Positions 20,017 through 30,705 of a stretch of DNA of 64,000 bases are shown here, one piece after another. The stretch spans positions 124,265 to 188,264 of IMG/VR virus record IMGVR_UViG_3300020473_002200, one strand, 5' to 3'. The notes beneath the pieces are model-generated. The model saw nothing but the letters and a program-made list of their open reading frames with translations, made no database searches and was not told the DNA's origin. Source of the DNA: a virus. How positions within the stretch are numbered: the first letter of the stretch is position 1; each line of letters opens with the position of its first letter. Made by a program: the position numbers and the translations under genes.

Positions 20017-20351
20017 ATTTATTTTATGGCGTCGCTTTAATCCTCACACTGCAAGCCATGGCCTGGGTCGGCGCAAACGGCCAATTTTCAGAATATTTCA
20101 AAAGCTATAATACACTTCTCATTTGTGTCGCATTAGCAATTCCAATTTCTATTTGTGGGTATTTTGGTTCAAGATTTCTATATGCTCATTTTTCATCAGC
20201 ATGGTCAATTCGATTTATTGGTTTCGGATTATCTTATTTGGTGTTCCCATTTATGACGTGGTTTTTATTGGGTGAAACAATGTTTACCCTTAAGACGGCG
20301 ATTTGTATATTTTTGTCATTCTGCATAATACTTATTCAGGTATTGATGTAG
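20013..20351 (+). CDS. Multi-pass small membrane protein
   Basis: About four hydrophobic segments. Confidence 0.55.
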   Translation: MNLFYGVALILTLQAMAWVGANGQFSEYFKSYNTLLICVALAIPISICGYFGSRFLYAHFSSAWSIRFIGFGLSYLVFPFMTWFLLGETMFTLKTAICIFLSFCIILIQVLM

Positions 20352-20362
20352 GATGGTGAGCT

Positions 20363-20602
20363 TTGCGAAAAATCAGTTTATTACTAATAGCCGTTTCATT
20401 TCTTTTAATGGGCTCTGGTCCTAAACCAACCAAAACAAAATTTTATAATTTTGATGATCTTTTAATTAACGGAGAATATAAGAAACCCCAGGTTTTGTAT
20501 ACTGACGCTAGACAAAAGGTTCGGTTTGAGAGATTACTAAAGCTTAAAAAAGATTTTCTCCCCAAACTTGAGGCTACTAAGGCTGATCCTGCTTTAAGAT
20601 AA
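20363..20602 (+). CDS. CglF/GltF-like (myxobacterial gliding motility family) secreted small protein
   Basis: Signal peptide plus KTKFYNFDD.LI.GEYKKP..LY...RQK.RF..LLKL..DF.P.L, resembling the recalled CglF/GltF pattern. Confidence 0.55.
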   Translation: MRKISLLLIAVSFLLMGSGPKPTKTKFYNFDDLLINGEYKKPQVLYTDARQKVRFERLLKLKKDFLPKLEATKADPALR

Positions 20603-20614
20603 AGGACTTATGAT

Positions 20615-21253
20615 ATGAGAAGCAAATTAAGAACATTAATTAGAGAAATGCTTGAAGATGAGCTTAGTCCAGTCGCTCCGCAACGAACAATACCCCAGAA
20701 TGAATGGACTTTATTGCAGTCTGGTGATCCAAGAAGAGAGCAAGTAAAACAAAACTTATTCGATTTAGTGCAGCAAACATACGCTCCTATCGGTGGCCAC
20801 TTTAAAATTACTAGTCCTGATAGTCTAGATAGATACACCTATTGGGTCGTTAAAGATATTGATGATGATGCAGATGTTGATGTTGCGATTATGGGAAAAC
20901 CTGATGTCGGCGGAGTAAAAATGGGGGCCGCAGCAAATGATGGCTCACCACAGGCCTCAGGGGAATATAAGAGCAAATCTGCAGAGCTTAGAGCTGGTGG
21001 ATCTATTGCCGGTATTGGGAATTGGTGGGGTGAGGTTAGCGGAAAGCCTGCGTACGCCATGTTAAAAAGAGGCGCAAAGCCAGTTGAGGATGAAGCGAAG
21101 GTTGCACAATTACTCGCAGGTGATGACTATATTTTTCATGGAGAACACCCGGACCCAAATGCTCCGCCATTGTTTAAGAGCGCAAAGGGTTGGTATACTA
21201 AAAAGTTCGGAGCTAAAAGCTCAACAAAGATCATATTGGGGAATCCAGCGTGA
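20615..21253 (+). CDS. Leader-tagged hypothetical protein (possible GNAT-like fold)
   Basis: MRSKLRTLIREMLE leader; LFDLVQQTYAPIGGH...GVKMGAAANDGS. Confidence 0.45.
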   Translation: MRSKLRTLIREMLEDELSPVAPQRTIPQNEWTLLQSGDPRREQVKQNLFDLVQQTYAPIGGHFKITSPDSLDRYTYWVVKDIDDDADVDVAIMGKPDVGGVKMGAAANDGSPQASGEYKSKSAELRAGGSIAGIGNWWGEVSGKPAYAMLKRGAKPVEDEAKVAQLLAGDDYIFHGEHPDPNAPPLFKSAKGWYTKKFGAKSSTKIILGNPA

Positions 21254-21441
21254 ACTTATTACGAGAATATATAAGCGCGCTATTAGAGTTTAGTATAAAG
21301 GCTAATAGGAAGAACACTCACCAAGATGGAACATGTCAAAGTCGTGGTTATATGAGCGGGAAAGATGTGACATGGACCGGCGACGATACAAATGACGAGC
21401 TGTATGGCTGGTATAAAAAAATGGGAATGATGGAGGACTAA
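21250..21441 (+). CDS. Leader-tagged small protein
   Basis: MNLLREYISALLE leader. Confidence 0.55.
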   Translation: MNLLREYISALLEFSIKANRKNTHQDGTCQSRGYMSGKDVTWTGDDTNDELYGWYKKMGMMED

Positions 21442-21680
21442 TGAAAGTCACAAAACGACAATTAAGAAAAATCATTTCAGAAGCGCTAGCACTGGATCTA
21501 GAAGTCGGCGATGTAATTCTTACTGGTCGTTTTAAAAACAAGAGAACAGTCGTAAAGAGTATTGGGACTGATGACATGGGCCAACCTACTATAAACGGGA
21601 TGAAAGCGCTCAGCTTTAGAATAGAGAAGCTGATGCCAAAATCTAAATGGAGTAAAAAGTCTCTGGAGGAAGAAGAGTGA
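21441..21680 (+). CDS. Leader-tagged small KOW/SH3-like protein
   Basis: MKVTKRQLRKIISE leader then LEVGDVILTG. Confidence 0.55.
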   Translation: MKVTKRQLRKIISEALALDLEVGDVILTGRFKNKRTVVKSIGTDDMGQPTINGMKALSFRIEKLMPKSKWSKKSLEEEE

Positions 21681-22645
21681 AAATCACAAAACGACAACTG
21701 CGAAGAATTATCAGGGAATCTACCTACGAAGATTGGCGAGATGATATTAACATCGCTGATGATTGGTATGGTGATCTTAGCAACACGCAAGATGAGTATA
21801 GTAAGCTACGATCACCTGCAGGTAACAGGATAGGAATAAGCTGGTACCTTGGCGTTCCTATGTGGTCTAGCTATGCCAAGTCGACGTTCATGAAAAGGTA
21901 TGGAAATCGCGCTGGCGCTACAGTTAGGATTGTTAGAGACCGGAAGGACCCTCCACTGGTAGGGTATATTACAGTTAACGGTATAAAGTCTCTTGACCTC
22001 AGCGACCTTAGCAACGTCGATAAACGCCCTCGAGAACTAGCTGACTTACTGAAAAAAACTATGGACGAAAGTCTTAAAGACCCCGAGCGAATGGCTCAGT
22101 ACAAAGATTACCTGAATTCAAATCGAGGGCCCGGGATGGTAATGGCCTCTGCAAGATCGTCATGCTCTAAGATGAGAATCACAGAGGCGCAACTAAGAAG
22201 AATTGTTAAAGAATCTTTGAAGACAGAAATATTCGGCTTTGGTAAAAAGAAGAAGAAAGAAAGCAAAATAGAAAAACCCGTTTATCTTATAAGAGTAGAT
22301 AGTTTTCCAAAAAGCTGGGCCGCCCATTCCTACAGAATAAGTAAAGACCAAGATAATGAAAATAGAAAATCTGAAAAGCAACTAGGAAAAGAGATTGGCG
22401 CAGAAGTAGACATGGCTCTTTTGAATAATCGATATATTCTAGCTGTGCAAAAGCCTTATGAAACTAGCGCTGAAGCAAAAAGCGTAGTTAGTAAAATAAA
22501 CACCGTAGTTAAGAAAATGCTTGAAGATGAATCAATCCACTTTGGCAAAGATAAGCAAACTCCAGAAGCAATAAAGTCTGGTAAAATAGCGTCTATTCTT
22601 GTGTGGGATTCGGAAAAAAGTCTTCCTTGGGAGAAGTTGCTATAA
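21677..22645 (+). CDS. Leader-tagged hypothetical protein, apparent fusion of two leader modules
   Basis: MKITKRQLRRIIRE at the start and MRITEAQLRRIVKE in frame at 22172. Confidence 0.6.
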   Translation: MKITKRQLRRIIRESTYEDWRDDINIADDWYGDLSNTQDEYSKLRSPAGNRIGISWYLGVPMWSSYAKSTFMKRYGNRAGATVRIVRDRKDPPLVGYITVNGIKSLDLSDLSNVDKRPRELADLLKKTMDESLKDPERMAQYKDYLNSNRGPGMVMASARSSCSKMRITEAQLRRIVKESLKTEIFGFGKKKKKESKIEKPVYLIRVDSFPKSWAAHSYRISKDQDNENRKSEKQLGKEIGAEVDMALLNNRYILAVQKPYETSAEAKSVVSKINTVVKKMLEDESIHFGKDKQTPEAIKSGKIASILVWDSEKSLPWEKLL

Positions 22646-22971
22646 TGAAAGTTACAAAGAAACAGTTGAGAAGAATAATCAGGGAAGTTTCTGCTTCACG
22701 CGCGATGTTAAATAAAGCACGTGAAGTTAACCGTGGTAAGGCAGCTGATTTATTTCAAAGGTTTGATGATCTAGGACACAGGCTAGCCCAGATGAGTAAT
22801 TCTGATCCGGATTACGAAAATGTTAGTGATGATTATGACATACTCGAAGATGAGCTTGAAGATCTTGGTTACGAAATTCCTTCGTCCTTTAATCCGTTTA
22901 GGGTCGATAGCGGCAAAATTCGAGATAAAGCCACTGGAGAAATTGTTCACACAAGGCAAAAAAGAAGATGA
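22645..22971 (+). CDS. Leader-tagged hypothetical protein
   Basis: MKVTKKQLRRIIRE leader; TAATG coupling. Confidence 0.6.
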   Translation: MKVTKKQLRRIIREVSASRAMLNKAREVNRGKAADLFQRFDDLGHRLAQMSNSDPDYENVSDDYDILEDELEDLGYEIPSSFNPFRVDSGKIRDKATGEIVHTRQKRR

Positions 22972-23138
22972 AGTTAGATGTCAAGACCTTAATAACGATA
23001 GTAACTTTTGCTGCCACGATGGGCGGCTTTTACTATTCCACTCAGCTAAGGTTAGATCATCTAGAAGAGAATGTCGCTAGTGTAGAAAAGCAAATCAAGC
23101 AACTTAAGAAGCAAAAGAGAAAAGTTAGGACGAAGTAA
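22968..23138 (+). CDS. Small TM plus coiled-coil protein (56 aa, not in ORF track)
   Basis: MKLDVKTLITIVTFAATMGGFYYSTQLRLDHLEENV...; ATGA overlap, abuts next gene. Confidence 0.55.
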   Translation: MKLDVKTLITIVTFAATMGGFYYSTQLRLDHLEENVASVEKQIKQLKKQKRKVRTK

Positions 23139-23465
23139 GTGTACGAATACCGAGCATTTGTCAGAAAAGTATATGATGGTGATACAGTTACTGTAGATAT
23201 TGATCTGGGATTCGACGTCATTCTTAAGGCTCAGAAAATACGTCTACTTCGTATAAACGCTCCTGAAGTCAGAGGTGAACAAAGAGAATTTGGCTTAAAG
23301 TCTAGAGACGCCCTTCGTCAAAAAATTGGTAATAAATGGATTAGGCTAAAAACAGAAAAAGATAAGAAGGGTAAGTTCGGTCGCTGGCTTGGGGAGATTT
23401 GGTTCAATGATGAGTGCGTAAATGATTGGCTTCTAAGAGAGGGATTCGCAGAGGTATATAAATGA
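23139..23465 (+). CDS. Thermonuclease (SNase-like)
   Basis: VYDGDT, IRLLRINAPE, DKKGKFGRWLG. Confidence 0.88.
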   Translation: MYEYRAFVRKVYDGDTVTVDIDLGFDVILKAQKIRLLRINAPEVRGEQREFGLKSRDALRQKIGNKWIRLKTEKDKKGKFGRWLGEIWFNDECVNDWLLREGFAEVYK

Positions 23466-24742
23466 AAATCGCAAAGTATCAGCTAAGAAAATTTATCCGC
23501 GAAAGTTTTTCTTCTGAAGATTTTAAGGATGTTTATAATACTGCAAGGATGGCTCATGTAGGTCAAACCAGACGCGATGGTTCTGAGTATTTTTCACACC
23601 CATCAGAAGTTAGAAATATCGCCAGAAGTTTTTATCCTAGAGATAAACTCGCGCAATTAGCGGCTCTTCTTCACGATTCCTTAGAAGACGCCCCAGGATC
23701 TACAGTCGAGTCTGCTGAGGAGATGGAAGATTTTATCAGGGGTTCTATACAGGATAATTCTCAAGCTGATGAAGTGATTAGGGTCGTACGCGCTTTGACT
23801 CATGAAAAGGGTGGAGATTATTTGTCATACGTAGTCGGTTTAATGGGTGATGTGCCTACTCTAAGGGTAAAGTTATCAGACATGGTTCATAATCTTACCG
23901 ATAATCCGTCTCCAAAACAAAAAGCAAAATATAAATCAGCTTTAGACGCAATTTCAATAAAGACTTCAGGCCAGCCTCCTTCTGGAATTTCTAGCAAACA
24001 TTGGGACACTCTTCTTTCTTTGGCTGAGAATAAAAATCATTCTTTAAAAGAATATATTGGTTTATTAATTGAGCTGGATGAAGTGGCACTTCTTAGTGAG
24101 GGTGAGGGTATATCTTGTCCTATTCGCGGGGCTTGGTACGGCGGCATGCCTGCAGGCGGCGGGTTTGGTCCCCATAAAGAGTACACTGTCGCAGCCCAAA
24201 GATACGGAGAGGCTGCTCATTGTATTCTTGGTTCTCTTGGTAGAAGGGTCGGTGCACCCGGAAAAACAGAGTGGCATTCAATGATGGTCGGCGAACGCGA
24301 GCACCTTCTAGAAGAAATCGGCATCATGATGAAAGTGATAGAAGAGTATTCTAGAGACTTGTACATAGACCAAATTAACGATATCACTCGCTATAGAGAA
24401 GATCGAAGGGAAGAGATTGCTGAGTGGAACCAGGGTGCAATTGATGACATTAGAAAGACGGCACCAAAACTTGAAGAAAAAGCTAGAAATAATATGGGCC
24501 GCTTAAAAGCAATAAAAGATGCTGAGCCAGAGTTTCCAGACTCTGTTTTTAAAGTTGCGCTTTATACATACCAAAGCTTAGGTATGCTAGGCAAGTTTAT
24601 GCTTGAGAGTATTGAAGACTGGGACGATGAAAAAGGGACCGGTTTAGATCCTGCAAAAAACGCTTTTAAAAACCGGCGACTGCGTGGAAGAACTTTTATG
24701 TTAGCCGCGGCTATCGATGAAATGATTGAGGACTTATCATGA
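23462..24742 (+). CDS. Leader-tagged RelA/SpoT-type HD domain protein ((p)ppGpp hydrolase-like) with unknown C-terminal domain
   Basis: MKIAKYQLRKFIRE; HVGQTRRDGSEYFSHP, LLHDSLED, KLSDMVHN. Confidence 0.8.
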   Translation: MKIAKYQLRKFIRESFSSEDFKDVYNTARMAHVGQTRRDGSEYFSHPSEVRNIARSFYPRDKLAQLAALLHDSLEDAPGSTVESAEEMEDFIRGSIQDNSQADEVIRVVRALTHEKGGDYLSYVVGLMGDVPTLRVKLSDMVHNLTDNPSPKQKAKYKSALDAISIKTSGQPPSGISSKHWDTLLSLAENKNHSLKEYIGLLIELDEVALLSEGEGISCPIRGAWYGGMPAGGGFGPHKEYTVAAQRYGEAAHCILGSLGRRVGAPGKTEWHSMMVGEREHLLEEIGIMMKVIEEYSRDLYIDQINDITRYREDRREEIAEWNQGAIDDIRKTAPKLEEKARNNMGRLKAIKDAEPEFPDSVFKVALYTYQSLGMLGKFMLESIEDWDDEKGTGLDPAKNAFKNRRLRGRTFMLAAAIDEMIEDLS

Positions 24743-25695
24743 GCTTACTACGAAGATACATAAGGGAAGCGTTAATAAGCGAAAGCGCTAACTTAAAAAA
24801 GCTTAACGAAATTATAGAAGAGTGTTGCATTAGATACTGCTTAAAAGAAGGCATTATATCTATACCGTCTAATCCAAAAAACTATATTGTTGTAGAGGGC
24901 CGATGGCTTATAAGAAAGTCTTTACTTGCCGAAAGAAAAAGTGATACTTTGGCGACAATTGATCAAGCAAGAAAGTCCTCGAATTATTGGACTCCTGGGA
25001 AATGTGGCGATTTTGAGCACACTTATGGGAGCATAAGTACAAATCTTAAGCATGGCCGCGGTATGGATCATATTGAAAAATATTTAGATGATGATGAAGG
25101 TGAAGCATATTGGAGATGGTATGGTTCATGTGCAAAAGGGGTGGATAAATTCCAGTGGTTACAAGCAGATATGATAGCCGGTGCGGGTGGTGCGATTGTT
25201 GATCTTACAAAAGCTGCTGGGAAGGGGTTGTATAGAATACTTAAGCCGGCCGTGAAGAAAGCCGGTCGTTTAGCATTAAACGTAGCAGACGAAGCTGGAA
25301 AACTTGCTTTAAAGTCGACCGGCAAAGCTTTGGGGATCGCGTGGGATGTTATAAAAGACGTAGTAACAGATTCCGCAGACGCTACCTGGGACTGGATGAA
25401 GACTAGGGGGACAAAAAAAGACCTCACGACATTGGCTTATGAAAATCCGGATAAATTTATTGAATTTCATAATACAACAAAAGGCAGATTACAGGGCGCT
25501 GGTTTGCCGGTCGATTCAGCTGGAGAGACAGCCAGCACAATGGGTTTGCTACAAACAGATATAGGGAAACAAACAGCAGAAACTGCTGCTAGCTCATTAG
25601 GTATTACTGCTTCTCAATTGGAAGATTTATTAATAGTTCATATGCACACATTTAATGAGCTTACTTTAGCTAAAAAGAGGACGGCTTTTACATGA
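24739..25695 (+). CDS. Leader-tagged hypothetical protein
   Basis: MSLLRRYIREALISE leader. Confidence 0.6.
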   Translation: MSLLRRYIREALISESANLKKLNEIIEECCIRYCLKEGIISIPSNPKNYIVVEGRWLIRKSLLAERKSDTLATIDQARKSSNYWTPGKCGDFEHTYGSISTNLKHGRGMDHIEKYLDDDEGEAYWRWYGSCAKGVDKFQWLQADMIAGAGGAIVDLTKAAGKGLYRILKPAVKKAGRLALNVADEAGKLALKSTGKALGIAWDVIKDVVTDSADATWDWMKTRGTKKDLTTLAYENPDKFIEFHNTTKGRLQGAGLPVDSAGETASTMGLLQTDIGKQTAETAASSLGITASQLEDLLIVHMHTFNELTLAKKRTAFT

Positions 25696-26816
25696 AACTA
25701 CTACGTGAATACATAAGAGAGTTATTACTAATAGAATCCGATGAAGTTGATGCCGACGGGTACATCAAAGGTGAGGATGGGAAATGGTATAATCCCCAAG
25801 GTCGAAAGCAATGGGAGTTGCCATGGCAATTTAAGAATAGCAGGAAGACAGGCAATATCAGGTACTACCCCGACGAGGATGGGACTTGGACTATTAAGCC
25901 ACCATCGCCTATTCCCTCCAAGTATAACGGGGTTGAGGGTTACGTCTTGCATGCTGCGTACGAAAAGAATGGGGATGTCAAGTACGGAAGCAAAGTCGCC
26001 GGTGTGGATTTGCATGCAGGACAGTCCGCGGAATGGTGGGAATATCCGAAAGACGGCTCGATCGTAGTAGTACATCCAGAGCTCTATCAACGTGATGACG
26101 GTTACCCCTGGTTCACAAATCCCGAGTGGGTGGCGTACTATAAAAAGGCGCTGGAAAAGATAATGACTTTGGGTGGAAACGCCTTCTCTTTCGCGAAATT
26201 CCAAGGGTTTATAGTTCAGGCCCAAGATCCTAATAGCGAATGGGCAAAGAGGCTTAGCGACTTAGGGGTAGCTGAAGGTCATACGCTATTAGAGCGTTAT
26301 GGAAGAGCACTCCTCGATCCTGGTGATGAAGATTGGGTCGAGCAGGCAAAAGCAGCACGAGAAGGTGCAAAGTTACAGGGGCTATCATTTGAACTGTTTA
26401 AATGGCTTGGTGCCCATCTTGACTGGATGAAGACCTATTATAAGAAGAGTATAAGTGATTTAGTTCTCCTCGAGCTTCTTGATGTGTACGAAGAATCCCA
26501 ATCCGCTCCTAAGCCGGATTTAGAGGACGATGCCACCGCCACTAAGGAAGGGAAAGAGCTAGCGCTCAAATTAGCTGACGCCATGTACATGCCTGTATTC
26601 GCTAAAGGCTTTGCAAAAATATGGCGTAAATTAAATATAAGTCCAAGGGAAGAGATTAGGGCGTTCTCGAAGTACGCAAGGGGAAATCGCACTGATGGTT
26701 ATACACAGGCACATGATCTCTTAAGGAAGCATGATGAAACGACATATCCTAGTGGTATCATTTATGAGATACCAGACGAAGCCTATGCAGCGCTAGCAAG
26801 AGAATATTACAGCTAA
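25692..26816 (+). CDS. Leader-tagged hypothetical protein
   Basis: MKLLREYIRELLLIE leader. Confidence 0.6.
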   Translation: MKLLREYIRELLLIESDEVDADGYIKGEDGKWYNPQGRKQWELPWQFKNSRKTGNIRYYPDEDGTWTIKPPSPIPSKYNGVEGYVLHAAYEKNGDVKYGSKVAGVDLHAGQSAEWWEYPKDGSIVVVHPELYQRDDGYPWFTNPEWVAYYKKALEKIMTLGGNAFSFAKFQGFIVQAQDPNSEWAKRLSDLGVAEGHTLLERYGRALLDPGDEDWVEQAKAAREGAKLQGLSFELFKWLGAHLDWMKTYYKKSISDLVLLELLDVYEESQSAPKPDLEDDATATKEGKELALKLADAMYMPVFAKGFAKIWRKLNISPREEIRAFSKYARGNRTDGYTQAHDLLRKHDETTYPSGIIYEIPDEAYAALAREYYS

Positions 26817-27549
26817 TGAAACTACTACGCGAGTACATAAGGGAGTTGTTGAGAGAGAAGGGCGAGCTTGGTAAAAAAGTGTTCGCTCAATCTGCACCTG
26901 AAGGTTCTCGCCACGCCGGAGATGAGCCGGACACTAAGTTGGAGACCAGTTTGAAACGTGCGCTAGCGAATCACTTGTTTGCAGGCGGCGCTTCATCAAA
27001 AGAGTTGGGTGAGCTTGGTCCCTACATATTGCGGTTCATGGATGATCCGGACTACAACGATGTCTTTATCAGATATTCGGGTGGAGAAGTTTGCAGAGGG
27101 ACTCGGCTGAGTTTAGAAGAAGCCAGAAGTCTTATACCTGGTTTCGACAACATGCCACTTGAGAGTGCAACAGGTCGTACACATGCATTCCAGAAGTTTG
27201 AAGCTTGGACACAGAAGGTCTCTGTTCCTCCATTTGAGTATTCCCCTAAGTCTGGCAACCAAGTGTCCTCGTGGTCAACGAACAGCGAAAGAGTCTGTAC
27301 TCGGTTCGCGAAAAAGAACGCCGGTATTTGGGATGGAAATGTTGGCGTAATTCTATATACAGACTCTAGCCAAAATGATTTCTTAGATTTTAGCGAGCTG
27401 TACAAGTTTGGAGCGCTAAGTAAACACAGCCATGAAAAAGAAGTAGCAGCATTTGGTCCTGTGTTGGTAACGGCAGTTAAGGTTTACAAAGAGGTTACCG
27501 AAGAACAATGGGCTGAAGTGCAAACTGAAGTAGAGTTAGGAAGACCAAA

Positions 27550-27553
<4 letters not shown>
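26816..27553 (+). CDS. Leader-tagged putative R-S-E ADP-ribosyltransferase
   Basis: MKLLREYIRELLRE; VCRG, VSSWST, HEKEV. Confidence 0.6.
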
Positions 27554-28600
<1,047 letters not shown>

Positions 28601-28601
28601 A

Positions 28602-29192
28602 ATGAACCTACTACGCGAGTACATAAGGCAACTGCTAACTGAATCCACTATTGATCCAAAGATCATGAGAATGATCGACAAGGCAGAGAAATATGGTCTT
28701 TTCGTGGACATCACATCTAACAGCGTAATCATCTACGACGGCCACAACACCGATAAACCGCGCGCTAAAATTCACTTTGAAAGAGATACATCTTTCGGCC
28801 CCTGCAGAGGTGGAGCTTACGTTACTTATGCAAAAGCAGAAGGTGGCTTTGGCCCATTAGCTTATGACGTTGCCATTGAGGCTACAGGCGGTCTGATGTC
28901 AGATCGAACTGAAGTTTCCCACGAAGCGATGGTCGTTTGGGATTACTACGCGAATAACAGGCCCGATGTCAAAGTAGACCAGCTGGACATAATGAAGGAC
29001 TACGGAGAAGAACAGTTAACTCCTGATGACAAGTCCGACGATTGCGATCAGGTACCGGCGTACGACAGGTACAAGTCAGACTGGCACAAGTCAGGCCTGT
29101 CAAAAAAGATAAGCAAGAGGGGTACGCCAGTCATAGATGAGCTTAGAGCGCGTTTCATGCTTTACGACGATAGGGAAGACCACACACTATGA
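28602..29192 (+). CDS. Leader-tagged GNAT-like protein
   Basis: MNLLREYIRQLLTE; GFGPLAYDVAIE...SDRTEVSHEAMVVW. Confidence 0.5.
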   Translation: MNLLREYIRQLLTESTIDPKIMRMIDKAEKYGLFVDITSNSVIIYDGHNTDKPRAKIHFERDTSFGPCRGGAYVTYAKAEGGFGPLAYDVAIEATGGLMSDRTEVSHEAMVVWDYYANNRPDVKVDQLDIMKDYGEEQLTPDDKSDDCDQVPAYDRYKSDWHKSGLSKKISKRGTPVIDELRARFMLYDDREDHTL

Positions 29193-30172
29193 AACTACTA
29201 CGTGAATACATAAGAGGGTTACTTCAAGAAAGTGTTAGCCCAGAAAAGTTGAAAGATCTTGCTTCGAAGATAATGGTTTCCCCGAGCAATGATTTTTCTG
29301 GTCAAGTTGGAGAAAAGATAGCTCTGATGTGGCATCCGAATGGAATGAACCTAAATAGCATCAAGAATAATAATTTCTTCCCATTTGCAGATATAGCTGC
29401 TGGGCCCCTGCCTTCTGCTACTGGCGAGCGGACTTATAGGCAAAGACAAAACGCTAGCCATCCGTTTCCACCTCTCTATTCTGTAAAAGCAAGTAGCAGC
29501 ATTACTTTTAGAAAAGGTGTATGGCAAGGAGCTGATCCTTTTGCTAATTCAAGAATCAAAGGTAGCACTATATACGAATTAGTCAATGAACGCGGCCAAA
29601 ATGGTTTAAGAGACGAAATTGATGCAATTTATGGACCTGCCGAGGCTGGTAAAGTAGTCAAGCTAAGATTGGGAGCTATCGGGATCTTTCCTAGAGCGAT
29701 GGCTAAGGACGAATCTGAAGAGCCGAGAGATGCTTTTGCTGACCCTAGAGCGATAGGTGTTACAGTTAAAAAATACGGTCCGAAGGAATTTGAGTTTGTA
29801 GCAAGCGCGGCCGGGCTTTATGAAAACCCAGTGACACGCGTTGGTAAGCTTGGTAGCGAATCCCTAGTAAGTGGCGCGTTTGGCGCCCCTGATAACTTAA
29901 CCAGCGAAGATATGCAGCAACCAGCCTCTGTAATTCCTGCACAAACTAGCGGCAGAAAAGATCAAAAATCAGATAGCGCTAGAGTAGCCGACCAAGAAAC
30001 TTTAGACAGTTTGAGAAGTAGTATTGCTGCTATTGATGACTCAAGGATTAGTCTTTCTAATCAAGATTTAAAAACTTTAGCAGATATTAGCACTCTAGAA
30101 CCTGATGAATTTGAAGAAATTAGAGAGTTAGTTAGAGGAATATTGTCTAGAAGATCTGGAGAAGAAGCGTGA
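29189..30172 (+). CDS. Leader-tagged hypothetical protein, possible PD-(D/E)XK nuclease
   Basis: MKLLREYIRGLLQE; NFFPFADI...YSVKAS. Confidence 0.45.
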   Translation: MKLLREYIRGLLQESVSPEKLKDLASKIMVSPSNDFSGQVGEKIALMWHPNGMNLNSIKNNNFFPFADIAAGPLPSATGERTYRQRQNASHPFPPLYSVKASSSITFRKGVWQGADPFANSRIKGSTIYELVNERGQNGLRDEIDAIYGPAEAGKVVKLRLGAIGIFPRAMAKDESEEPRDAFADPRAIGVTVKKYGPKEFEFVASAAGLYENPVTRVGKLGSESLVSGAFGAPDNLTSEDMQQPASVIPAQTSGRKDQKSDSARVADQETLDSLRSSIAAIDDSRISLSNQDLKTLADISTLEPDEFEEIRELVRGILSRRSGEEA

Positions 30173-30705
30173 ATCTCCTACGCGAGTACATAAAAGAATT
30201 GCTATCTGAGAATAAGCTGTCCAGCGCTGAGATACAACACCTGCAGGCCATCAAACGCGGTTCAAGACATGAACGACGACGACCTCAGGCAATCGTCATA
30301 GGCAGGCTAATAGATAAGGGTTTTGTAACCGGCGATATGAAAGGTAATCAATTTCTCCCAGGTTACGGCGCTTCATCTAGTGCTAGCAACCTTGCCATCA
30401 CTCCAGAGGGTGAAGCAGCATTAAGAGCAACTTTAGGCAAGGCAGACTCAGACATGGCCAAGTACCAAAAGATAATAATGCAAGCGGTCATCGACGCTGC
30501 AGGCAGTTCGGTACCAGAACACGAGTTGCCAGGTTACAACCCAAAGACATTCAAGCTAAGAGGAAAGTACCGCAAAGCGTTTGACGAGTTGCGTGGGTTC
30601 GGAAGTGACATCGACGCCTTAACGATACAGAGAGATTCACAAGGCAACAGAATGGTTAGCCCAGGACCTGATTTTGAGCGTATTAAAAGCGAGTTAGGAT
30701 TATGA
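30169..30705 (+). CDS. Leader-tagged hypothetical protein
   Basis: MNLLREYIKELLSE leader. Confidence 0.6.
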   Translation: MNLLREYIKELLSENKLSSAEIQHLQAIKRGSRHERRRPQAIVIGRLIDKGFVTGDMKGNQFLPGYGASSSASNLAITPEGEAALRATLGKADSDMAKYQKIIMQAVIDAAGSSVPEHELPGYNPKTFKLRGKYRKAFDELRGFGSDIDALTIQRDSQGNRMVSPGPDFERIKSELGL

